From: Candidatus Saccharimonadota bacterium
GTDB taxonomy: Bacteria > Patescibacteriota > Gracilibacteria > BD1-5 > UBA6164
DNA length: 32,000 bases
Reading direction: 5' to 3'
NCBI GenBank assembly: GCA_965229705.1
Contig: OZ245922.1
Coordinates: 630,001 to 662,000 of the forward strand
The position numbers and the translations under genes were made by a program. Under the pieces are notes generated by a model. It saw only the letters and a program-made list of their open reading frames with translations. It made no database searches and was not told the origin of the DNA. Below are positions 11,836 through 21,104 of this stretch, in pieces (the first letter of the stretch is position 1; every line of letters begins with the position of its first letter).

Positions 11836-11910
11836 GGAGAGTTGATTACCTTCATTTCAAGGAAGCTCTGAGAAGTAGGAAGTAATTTTCATATAAAATA
11901 TAAATACTTC

Positions 11911-13398
11911 TTACAATTCCCTCAAAAACCTCTCCTTGAGTTCTCGACACCTTGCTATATCAATTTTCTCAAGATTTTTTACGACAAACTGCTGCCTCCC
12001 CTTTTCAAACACGGCTCTATTATCAGCGACAAAACACCAGTAAAGATAATTATACGGGCAAGCATCGTCTGTATACTTTTCTTTTGGATTATGAGAACTA
12101 TACTGATAATAGTCCGACATTTTGTGGATATAATTCGCGCTTGCTACATATGGTTTTGTCGCAAGTTTTCCTCCATCAGCAAACTGACTCATTGCCAAAA
12201 CATTTGGCGTGACTACCCACTCAAAGGCATCAGTATAAAACTCGAAAAACCAATGATTGAGCTCATGGGGATCAAGATTTACAAGTAAAGCAAAGTTTCC
12301 AATAATCATCAGTCGCTGAATATGGTGACAGTAGTTATTTGCATGTACTTCTTTGAGCGCTTGAGCGAGAGGTAACACGCTACAAGTTTCTGGCTCTTTC
12401 CAAAAAAATGATGGTAAAGGTCTTATATGCTGGAAGAAGTTTTCCTGATATATACTATCTTTATAAAAGTGAAAAAAATGATACATATACTCTCTCCAAC
12501 CAAGTATCTGACGAATAAATCACTCCTTATTATTCATATCACTCTCTGTCTTTTCCACCATTTCTACGACTTCTCGTGGAGAGAGAAAGCCGTAGTTTAT
12601 TGAGCTTGAAAGCAGACTATGATGAACATATGGATCATCTTTGTACATCGCGTCTTCTAAAGCTCCAAAAGTATCAAGATGATGCTCTATAAAATATTGT
12701 AAAAGATCGAGCGCTTCTTCTCTATTTGTGATTATTGGTAACTCTTCTCTATATTGAGAAGATGCGTTTGGTGTGAAATCATAAAATTTTTCTGCTTCTT
12801 GTAAAAACTTGTTTTTCCCAATACTAAAATCCCAACTTTTTTGATGCTTTCTATCAAATTTTCTATTTTCTATATCATAGTTCCATATTCCTCCCTCTGG
12901 TTGACCATCGTCTTGCATGAGGATATATTCTTTTTTCCTCATAAATCTATAAAAATACTCCATAATAGGAGGTTTTGTATACTGTTTCCGAAACTCCTCA
13001 TGACTCAGAAAAAAAGAATAGGTATCAGGAAGAAACTCCAGTTCAACTCCAAAATCCTCAAGCTGTTTTTGTATTTTGAGAAAGTTTTCAAAAACATAGT
13101 TTTCACTTGGTTTTACTATGACAAATTTCAAAATATTATGCTTTTTTGCAAATTTTTTGAGTCAAGAAATGTAGGATTTTTCTTTGAGAAATTCTGCTAT
13201 TTTTCACTGCTTTTTTTGTTGTTGTATCATATACTTTCCTCCGGCATAATCTATGATCTTACTTCTGGTATTGAGCCGTAGATTTCTTCACTGAAATGTG
13301 ATTTTTCATATATGATGAATATACACGATATAACTCGTGTCTTGAATATATTCTTGGCGTAGTTGATGATACAATAAGATTTGTGCCGTTTTTTTCAT
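11911..13398 (-). CDS. Cryptochrome/photolyase-family protein of the FeS-BCP / 'deoxyribodipyrimidine photolyase-related' (PhrB/CryB, (6-4)-type) class
   Basis: ORFs 11911-12486 and 12520-13131 join through TGA 12520-12522, giving EGFIRQILGWREY. The N-terminus extends through four more TGA codons to ATG 13396-13398. Family blocks HHIQRLMIIGNFALL and ACPYNYLYW are present. Confidence 0.8.
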
Positions 13399-13548
13399 AT
13401 AAGATGATCAAAATATTGCACTTCATTATGAGATTATTGTAACTGAATTCAACCGTTAAATATAATTTTTTTCACAGTTTCCTCCATCTACCTCTTGTCA
13501 GTATTTTGAAAAAAAATATACTCTCAAAATACGATAACTCACTTTTTT

Positions 13549-14943
13549 ATGTATACACGCTCACTGTTCTGGTTCAGGCAAGATCTCAGAGTTTATGATA
13601 ATACAGGACTCTTTGAGGCAGTACAAAACTCCAGAGAAGTACTCCCCATCTTCATCCTTGACTCACATATAATCGAGGGATTTTGAGGGGTCAGTAACGA
13701 AAAATTTTGATTTATTCGTGAAGCCCTTGAAGATGTTTCACAAGAACTCAAAAAACTCTGATGAAACAAGCTTATTGTCTTTCATGGAAAACCTGAAGAA
13801 ATAATTTCTCGGCTAGTAAAACAGTACAAAATCGAATGCGTGTTTACCAATACTAGCTATGGAAGTTATGGGAAAAAGAGAGATGAAAAAATATCTCAAA
13901 TCTTGAGTGAATGAGACTGTCACTTTTCTTCTCATAAAGATTTTCTTATCGCAGAACCTCACGAAATAGAGCAAAGAAAAGTATTTACTCCCTACTACAA
14001 ACTCTGGCAAAAATACATTATAGAAAATCCTCAAAGCATCAAAATAGTCCCAAAAATCAACTCTTTTAACCAACTCAACACCAAAGAACAAAGTGAGGCT
14101 GGAGACTTTATCCCCAGCAAAAAACATCCCTACTTTACAATGGATTTTGGTCGTGAACGCTTTGCAAAACTTCCTTTTCCACAATACAGCGACAACAGAA
14201 ATAATCTTGATAGAGATGGGACTTCTCGACTTTCTCCCTATCTCAGATTTGGAATTTTTTCTGTCAGACAGATATATAATGCCGTTCTCTCATGAGACTC
14301 CCTGTCAACATTGACCCAAAGAGAGATACAACAAAAATGATTCCCAGAAAAATGAACACATGAAGAAAGCTTTATCAGTGAAATAGCGTGGAGAGAGTTT
14401 TGGTGGCAAATATTTTATAATTTTCCTAATACAAAAACCACCGAATTTCAAGAAAAACGAAGACATATACCTTGGTCTCAAGATACAGCGTTATTTCACA
14501 AATGGATGCATGGAGAAACAGGCTATCCTATAGTAGATGCTGCCATGAAACAGCTCAAAAAAACACACTGGATGCATGGAAGGGCTCGCATGATTGTAGC
14601 AAGTTTTCTCACAAAAGATATGCACCTTGACTGGAGACTTGGAGAAGCGTATTTTCGAGAAATACTTCTCGACTATGACGAGGCTGTCAATCTCGGAAAC
14701 TGGCAATGGTGAGCAAGTGTCGGAGCCGACCCAAAGCCACTTCGCATATTTAACCCTCTTTTGCAAAGCGAAAAGTTTGATTCCAAAGCAGTATATATAA
14801 AAAAATATCTCCCCGAACTCGAGCATGAAAACGCTGAGGATATTCATAATCCCCTCGACTCTTCCCTCAACTATCACGCACCTATTGTTGATCATCGCAT
14901 CGAGACAAAAATTGCGCGAGAAATGTATAAAATACCTGAATAA
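13549..14943 (+). CDS. phr: Deoxyribodipyrimidine (CPD) photolyase, class I / DASH-like
   Basis: Family blocks present: LFWFRQDLRVYDN, TSRLSPYLRFG, TGYPIVDAAMKQL..HWMHGRARMIVASFL and NLGNWQWGAS. Ten in-frame TGA codons. Stop is TAA 14941-14943. Confidence 0.88.
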
Positions 14944-14946
14944 TAT

Positions 14947-15960
14947 ATGAACATGAATCTTTTTTTTATTTGTACACTTTTTATTTTCTGAACCCTCTTT
15001 TGAAGTTTTGCGTCTGTTTTGATTTATAGAATCAAAAGTTGAGAGTGAGGAATATGGTGAGGACGAAGTCATTGTAAAACCTGTCAGAGAAACCTTTCAG
15101 TCCTTGAACTGATACCAATATTTTCTTGGGTAATACAAAGAGGCAAATGCGCATCATGCTCATCAAAAATCTCTCCTATATATCCCCTGCTTGAACTGAC
15201 TACAGGAGTCCTTTTTAGCTGCGTGTGAATATTTCTTATATCGCCGGAACTCATAGCCTTATGAGATATACTTGAGTGGTGAAGACTCTTGTTTTTCTGT
15301 TTTCTCATATTTTTGACGATTATATATGTTTTCTACGATATCCTCTACCTAGAAATCCCCGAAAGCATCCTCATGATAGCAAATGTATCTGTACTCTGAG
15401 CTCTGATTTTTCAATCACACTGATATACTATTATCCCCTACTTGGCAGTATGAAACATAGATACACTCTCCTTTGTTTTTTCACTCTCTGTCTTAGCAGT
15501 CATGTACACCATTATATTTGCGGGACTGAGTGAAATATATGATTGTCTCCTCCTGTGAGTATGCTACGCTTGTGCGTACTTGTTGTTTCACTTTTTTTCC
15601 CTCCCAGTCTGAGACTCTGCGCTGGTGTCTGGAGTACTTGCAGCACTTGTGATATACTCTGTATTTTTTTTACAAATTGTTATTTCTGGAGGAAGAGCTA
15701 TGGGGGCTGGAGACCTGCGTATAGCGATACTAATGTGACTAGTTTGTTGACTAGGTTTTGCTTTTTCTGCCTTTATGATATGTTATCTCATAGGAAGTAT
15801 TGTGTGAATAGGGATGATTCTTGTTTCAAAAATTTATGGGCAGTCTCGAGGTAATAAAAGTTCTCAAATTGCTTTTTGACCTTTTATTGCTTGTGGGTAT
15901 ATATCTGTATTATTCTTTTCTTCCTCTATTTCCCGATTTATAGAGTGGTATATATATTAA
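14947..15960 (+). CDS. pilD: Type IV prepilin peptidase / N-methyltransferase PilD (A24 family)
   Basis: The ATG lies 3 nt after the photolyase stop. It has an N-terminal Zn-ribbon (CKTCQ...CASC) and the two Asp motifs YDILYLEIPE and GAGDLRI. About 20 in-frame TGA codons within the TM helices. Stop is TAA 15958-15960. Confidence 0.85.
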
Positions 15961-16039
15961 AAGTAAAGGCTTTTTCATTTACAAAATGACTCAATTTCGG
16001 TAGAATATTTAGGATTTATAAAAATAAAAATACAATCAT

Positions 16040-16576
16040 ATGACCAAGAAACGAATTGCTGCTATCAGAGATTTTATTGATGCTTCTGAAAAAGCCCTTA
16101 AGAACGCAAAAAAACTCCTCAAAGAAATCATTGAAGATGAAAACCTCGACCTTTCCAGCGATATATGACTTGATACGAAGGGGCTTTCAAGCTACGACAG
16201 TGGCGAAGATAAAATCATTGAATGAGTGTTTACTGGTGAGGATATGCTCTGAGTAGATAATAACAAGTATATCGTTCCCGTAAACTATGCCAGCAAGTCA
16301 AAACTCGTTCAAGGAGATAGGATGAAGCTCACAATTAACGGTTCTGGAAAAATGACCTATAAACAAATAAAGCAAATAGAGAGAGAAACTAAGATCGGAC
16401 TTCTCACTCAGGATAAATGAAAATACCAAGTTGTCGCTGAAGGGGTGAGCTATGATGTTCTTACAGCTGCAGTGACTCATTTTAAGGCAGAAATTGGTGA
16501 TAGTATTACCATACTCATCCCTGCAGGAAAAGAGGCGACATTTTGAGCAATTGAGGCAGTAATGCCAAAGCAATAG
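16040..16576 (+). CDS. Conserved hypothetical protein (178 aa)
   Basis: One continuous frame with 5 in-frame TGA codons. Contains the block VPVNYASKSKLVQGDRMKL. This frame differs from the listed ORF 16056-16256. Stop is TAG. Confidence 0.55.
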
Positions 16577-16584
16577 GCTCTTTT

Positions 16585-17367
16585 TTAGGAAGCAGAAAAA
16601 AATATATCTCTCAAGACAGATATAGCTCTCTGCTGATTCATAAAATATGGTGATGTAGCAACTGTGATGATGTCAGCTTTTTTGGCGATAGATAAAATCA
16701 CTTTCTTCTTCAACTCATAGTCTATAAAATCAAGTTCTGGCTGAAAAAAATCAAGATCAAGATTGAGGATAACTGATCTACGCTTTCACTGTTTCTCCTG
16801 ATTTTCGTTATCTTTGAAAGAAACTCTATCTCTTGAAGAAAAAACATCACTCAAAAGAGCCTGTTCGCTGCGTATCTGAATTATCTCTCAGACGAGTCAC
16901 TCTTTTTGTGCAGGAATAATATAGTTTCAAACATTGAGAACAAAATTTGTGTATGCAAATACGTTGTGTAAATTTTCTGCGTCTGACTTGGTTAAATACT
17001 CTCATGGATCACGCATATCCGCATGCTCGTCTATGTGATAGAGCAGAACATTATCAGAGATTGTTCCTTGATGACGAGCAAGATACCAAAAATAGTATAC
17101 ATGATTGTGATTATCCACAATATACATTGGTGTGTTTTCCCATGTGAGTTCATAGAGATGTTTCAGTCCAAAACATGCACGCATGTTTCCAGCGAAATCA
17201 TATTCTTCAAATGTAATTTTTTCAGATGTTTCTGCTAAAAGCTCTATCTGGTCTACACTCTGAATATTTTTGATACTTGGCACATAAAGGCGAGGCTTGT
17301 GTCGCTGAGAAAAAGAAAATGCATTATTTCCATGATTTTCCGTAATATAAAAAGATTGTGTATACAT
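16585..17367 (-). CDS. UPF0489 (C5orf22-like) family protein (tentative)
   Basis: ORF 17002-17367 continues through 5 in-frame TGA codons to TAA 16585-16587. The blocks MYIVDNHNHVYYFW, LLYHIDEHADMRDP and NLDLDFF match my recollection of UPF0489. Confidence 0.5.
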
Positions 17368-17408
17368 TATTTTTTTCTAAAATTTTCCTATAGACTAATC
17401 ATAGAGTT

Positions 17409-18050
17409 ATGAAACGCAAAGAACGAATAGAAAAACTCAAACAGACGGTGTTTACCATGTTTCCAAACGCAACAACAGAGCTCGAACATGAAAACGAGTT
17501 TCAGCTCCTTATTGCGATACTGATGTCCGCGCAAGCAACCGATAGGCAGGTAAATATCATCAATAGAAATTTTTTTCAGCACCTGAAAACTCCCGAAGAT
17601 GGGATCAAGATGTGAGTTGCAGAAATCACTGAGTTTATTTCTTCTGTTTCGTTTTTTAATAACAAGGCAAAAAATATTTTTCAAACCTGCAAAATACTTA
17701 CCGAAAAACACGACTCTCTTCCTCCAAAAAATATTGCTGAGCTTACAGCTCTTCCTGGAGTAGGTATCAAAACGGCAAAAGTATTTCTCTCTGTCACCGA
17801 AAATGCTCCCTATCTCTGAGTAGATACTCATGTCCATAGGGTCCTCAACCGTATTGGTATCACGCGTACAAAAACTCCTCTCGAGACAGATAGAGCTGCT
17901 GAAAAGATATTTAACGCTGAAGATCTTGCGCCTTTACATAATACGCTAGTGTTATTTTGAAGATACCATTGTATGGCACGCAATCCAAAATGTCAGTCTT
18001 GTGACATCCTCCCTGTATGTCAATTTGGTCAAAAAAACTCTTCCCAGTAA
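17409..18050 (+). CDS. nth: Endonuclease III (Nth), with an intact 4Fe-4S ligand set
   Basis: HhH-GPD blocks are present (LLIAILMSAQATD, LPGVGIKTAKV, VDTHVHRV). The C-x6-C-x2-C-x5-C motif reads CMARNPKCQSCDILPVC at 17970-18020. Three in-frame TGA codons. Confidence 0.9.
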
Positions 18051-18078
18051 ATACAAGAGCTTATGCCATGATGGTATA

Positions 18079-18176
18079 TTAAGGAGCCTCTGAGAAACTC
18101 CTTTTTTCTCTCCTTTTCCAAAGGAGAGATGGCTTGATAGAGCCAGAGTGGATTGGAAAATTTTTGTTTTCTCGAG
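18079..18176 (-). repeat. MITE-like structured repeat, copy A (inverted relative to copies B and C; one terminal inverted repeat is degraded)
   Basis: The reverse complement aligns with 30683-30789 over nearly its whole length. Its left end is TTAAGGAGCCTCTGAGAAAC. The internal hairpin is CTCTCC-N9-GGAGAG. Confidence 0.8.
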
Positions 18177-18222
18177 ACCGGTCTCGAGTTACTTATTTCA
18201 AAGGCTTGAGACCGGTCTCTTA
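18171..18222. repeat. Two copies of the GC-rich 12-nt palindrome GAGACCGGTCTC (18174-18185 and 18208-18219); the first extends to the 18-nt palindrome CTCGAGACCGGTCTCGAG
   Basis: Read directly from the sequence. The site lies between the convergent 3' ends of nth and the 18254-18535 gene and is probably a bidirectional terminator. Confidence 0.6.
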
Positions 18223-18253
18223 GACAAGATTTTTCTATTTTGCAGAGCTTCTT

Positions 18254-18535
18254 TTATGCAAGTTCTGTAACCTTTTTGAGTTTTTCGCTGTCATGGCTTC
18301 TTTGAAGTTTTTGCATTTCCTGTCAGAGAGATACAACTTCTTCTGCTACAATATCACTGTTATCTGGATCGTCTTCCACAATTGCCATGAGTTTGGTTTG
18401 AAATTCTTGAAAACTCTGGAAAAATCTGGGATGTATTTTCTCCTTGAGATCATGAAATGTGTCTTGTAATTGGCGTTTTGACTTCTTTTTTTGTTGACTG
18501 TCGAAGTACTTTTGCAGTCACGAACTTACTACCAT
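18254..18535 (-). CDS. Hypothetical small helical protein (93 aa)
   Basis: ATG at 18533-18535 and TAA at 18254-18256. Two in-frame TGA codons. Charged, coiled-coil-like composition. Confidence 0.45.
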
Positions 18536-18553
18536 AAAAGGATTTATATATAT

Positions 18554-18850
18554 TTATTTTATAGAAGACTGTAGAGATTTGAGTTCTTGAGAACTCTCTG
18601 CGTAAAGTGTTCTTTTTTTTGCGAGGAATATTTTTTCTTCTATTTTTTTGAGCGTATTTCAGAAGAGTATTTGCTGTTCTTCAAAATGCTTTTCACGCAT
18701 TTTTTCGATATCAGTCATCACTCTGTGAGCATTTTCAAGAAAATTTTTTCTCTTATGTGGTGGAAGAAAAGAAAATATCTGCAGATACTCATGTCTATCT
18801 TTTTTGCTTATGTTCAAACTTTCAAAGATTTTTTGCAGTTCAGTATTCAT
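18554..18850 (-). CDS. Hypothetical small helical protein (98 aa)
   Basis: ORF 18659-18859 continues through TGA 18659-18661 to TAA 18554-18556. ATG 18848-18850 is preferred over the upstream TTG. Confidence 0.45.
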
Positions 18851-19044
18851 AGCTACCAAGAGTAATATAAACTTCTTTCAATATATAAAGAAAAAAAGAA
18901 AAAACTAATGTTTTGTGTATGAATATCATGAACATACATGAAGTACTCATATACTCTATCATACTTCTTTGAGAGGAACAAGGAATTATCATTGACTTTG
19001 TATTTGCCGTGCTTTTTAAACAGTCTCTGGAAAATAAAATTTTT

Positions 19045-19962
19045 TTAATACTTTTTTAATACTTCATATTTCTTAAACCAGGTTATCTGTCTTTTTGCAT
19101 AATTTCGAGAGTGTTGTTGAATCTTGCTTCTTAATTCTTCTCAAGAGATTTTTCCCTGAAAATATGAAAAAAACTCTTTATACCCTATAGTATTCATAGC
19201 AAAATCATCTTGCGTGTATCACTGTTGCATGAGTTTTTTAAGTTCTTCTTCAGCTCAAGATTCAAGCATTTTTTCTACTCGGGTATCAATTCTCTGGTAC
19301 AATTTCTCTCTATCAGAGAAATCTGGATGCAAAAACAGTACATCATACTTGAGTTTTTTTTCTGCGCGAAACTCTTGCTTTGACTTTCCTGTAGAGAGCT
19401 TCACTTCTATAGCTCTTTCTACATAAGGTCTATTGTTTGGATGAAGTTCTTTGGCGTACTCGGGATCTATTTCTTGAAGTTTTCGGTAAAGCTCCTGTTT
19501 TGTAAGCGTTTCTAGGCCTTTTCGTAAAAGGGTATTTGTAGAAACATCAGAGGCATTTCTCTCAAAAATAATACTATCTATATAGAGCCCTGTACCTCCT
19601 ACGAGCATTGGTATCTTTTTTCTTTGGTATAAGTTTTGTAGTATTTTTTCTGCCTGTCTCACAAATTCTCACAAAGAAAATACTTCATTTGGATCTACAA
19701 TATCTATCATGTGGTGTGGAATTCCTTGTTTTTCTTCTGATGTGATTTTCCCTGTTCAGATATCCATATTTCGAAATATCTGTCGTGAGTCAGCAGAAAT
19801 AATTTCTGTATCAAGGTATTTTGCAATATCGATACTCATCGCTGTTTTTCACGAAGCCGTTGGTCCATAAATAACAATCAGTTTGGGAAGCTCTGAAGGA
19901 GTTTTGAGGAAAGTGTCTATGAGTTTTGTATCTTGTAAAAGATGTTTCTTCGTCTCTATCAT
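19045..19962 (-). CDS. miaA: tRNA dimethylallyltransferase MiaA
   Basis: The P-loop is GPTASGKT, whose second Gly is TGA at 19849-19851 (complement). Other blocks: ISADSRQIFRNMDIGTGK and a C-terminal AKRQITWF. Six in-frame TGA codons. Stop is TAA 19045-19047. The start at ATG 19960-19962 is uncertain. Confidence 0.85.
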
Positions 19963-19994
19963 ATTTTTTCTGAGAAATCGAATTGGCAGTATCA

Positions 19995-20103
19995 TTAAAG
20001 AAACTCTGAAAAATAGAAAAATTTCTCATCCTCTCTGGCTCTATAGAGTCATCTCTCTTTTTACAAAGGAGAGAAAAAAATGAGCTTCTCAGAGCCTCCT
20101 TAA
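19995..20103 (+). repeat. MITE-like structured repeat, copy B
   Basis: Ends are TTAAAGAAACTCTGAAAAAT ... GCTTCTCAGAGCCTCCTTAA. Internal hairpins are GGCTC-TATA-GAGTC and CTCTCT-N9-GGAGAG. Collinear with copy C. Confidence 0.8.
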
Positions 20104-20167
20104 TATATCGAAAAAAATTTGACTTTCAAATAGCTCTCAATAATATCTGCTGCGCTATAGTAATAAT

Positions 20168-20243
20168 GCCACTTTAGCTCAGTTGGTAGAGCACTCGCCT
20201 TGTAAGCGAATGGTCGTCGGTTCAAGTCCGACAAGTGGCTCCA
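20168..20243 (+). tRNA. tRNA-Thr (anticodon UGU), CCA encoded
   Basis: Hand-folded cloverleaf. Acceptor stem GCCACTT/AAGTGGC, anticodon loop CTTGTAA, T-arm GTCGG-TTCAAGT-CCGAC. Confidence 0.9.
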
Positions 20244-20376
20244 TTCTTCGCTCTTTTCGCTATCGCTCATTCGAGTTTCGAATGCTGTAGCCATAAAATA
20301 GCAAAGAAAAACACACAAACTCAAGCGAAGGATGTCCTCCAAAGCTTTATGCGAAGGACGGACATTTTTACTTTTT

Positions 20377-20461
20377 GGGCAGATTCCAGAGCGGTCAAAT
20401 GGGGGGGACTGTAAATCCCTTGGCTTAGCCTTCGGGGGTTCGAATCCCTCTCTGCCCACCA
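20377..20461 (+). tRNA. tRNA-Tyr (anticodon GUA), long variable arm, CCA encoded
   Basis: Acceptor stem GGGCAGA/TCTGCCC, anticodon loop CTGTAAA, variable arm TGGCTTAGCC, T-loop GGTTCGAATCC. Confidence 0.9.
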
Positions 20462-20472
20462 TAATGTTTTAT

Positions 20473-20500
20473 GCCCAGGTGGTGGAATTGATAGATGTGC
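20473..20500 (+). pseudogene. Duplicated 5' fragment of tRNA-Leu (acceptor 5' strand plus D-arm only)
   Basis: The first 18 nt (GCCCAGGTGGTGGAATTG) are identical to 20593-20610 and the next ~10 nt differ only by transitions. No matching 3' acceptor strand (CCTGGGC) occurs before the intact gene. Confidence 0.6.
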
Positions 20501-20592
20501 GAAGCCATACTCCCGAACGAAGTGAGTGGGGTGCACGCGTTGCGTGTCGTCATCAGTCAGTTGAGAATCACATTACATGAATCATAGTTTAT

Positions 20593-20676
20593 GCCCAGGT
20601 GGTGGAATTGGTAGACACGCTGGTCTTAGAAACCAGTGCCTTTGGCGTGGAAGTTCGAGTCTTCTCCTGGGCACCA
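20593..20676 (+). tRNA. tRNA-Leu (anticodon UAG), type II, CCA encoded
   Basis: Acceptor stem GCCCAGG/CCTGGGC, anticodon arm CTGGT-CTTAGAA-ACCAG, long variable arm, T-arm GGAAG-TTCGAGT-CTTCT. Confidence 0.9.
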
Positions 20677-20837
20677 AGATCTCTGAAAAGAGATTATACC
20701 CAAAAAATTATGTTAAATTGACGGCATATCCAGTCTGCTCGATATATAACACTCTTTCTGATTTGCTGTAGCCTATCACAAGAGATACTTAATATTTTTT
20801 TGTACCGTATAAAGCGGGCAAGTAAAAACATATTTTT

Positions 20838-21104
20838 ATGAAAAAAGATATCCATCCTGTAAGTAGAAAAGTAGCATTTGTAGAAAACGGAAGTGGTTTT
20901 GTACTGATCACACATTCTACGGTAAAAACAGATACCACTCATACTCATGAGTGAGTAGAGTACCCAAGTGTGTATGTAGAAGTTAGTTCACAGACTCATC
21001 CTCATTATACAGGTGAGAAGAGGATTCTGAAAACTGGCGCTGTTGATAAGTTTTATGCTCGTCAGAAAAAAATGGAAGAAATGCAAAAAGCAAAGAAGAA
21101 ATAA
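20838..21104 (+). CDS. rpmE: 50S ribosomal protein L31 (Cys-free, type B-like)
   Basis: Begins MKKDIHPVSRKV and contains VEVSSQTHPHYTGEKR and GAVDKFYAR. One in-frame TGA. The protein has no Cys residues. Confidence 0.85.

Noticed and set aside
14491-15072. The 193-aa minus-strand ORF spanning the phr/pilD junction.
   Set aside because: It is antisense to two well-supported plus-strand genes and has no family resemblance.
18171-18222. The palindromes contain XhoI, BsaI and AgeI sites (CTCGAG, GAGACC/GGTCTC, ACCGGT) and superficially resemble a synthetic Golden-Gate cloning scar or vector contamination.
   Set aside because: They are embedded in native AT-rich sequence, continuous with a repeat family present twice more in the window, and flanked by code-25 genes on both sides. 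A natural GC-rich hairpin is far more likely.
19963-19995. An earlier miaA start at ATG 19993-19995.
   Set aside because: That start codon would overlap the first base of MITE-like copy B (19995-20103). The ATG at 19960-19962 still leaves about 26 residues ahead of the P-loop. The start remains uncertain.
20473-20676. An intron-containing, split or permuted tRNA-Leu formed from the 5' fragment plus downstream sequence.
   Set aside because: No sequence able to pair with the fragment's acceptor strand (CCTGGGC or wobble variants) occurs before the intact gene, and the intact gene is complete on its own.
20100-20948. Several ORFs (20100-20462, 20321-20536, 20332-20580, 20577-20771, 20694-20948) that overlap the tRNA cluster.
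   Set aside because: They run across tRNA genes and show the typical ...GFEPP.../...SNPS... artefact of translating a T-arm. They have no coding support.
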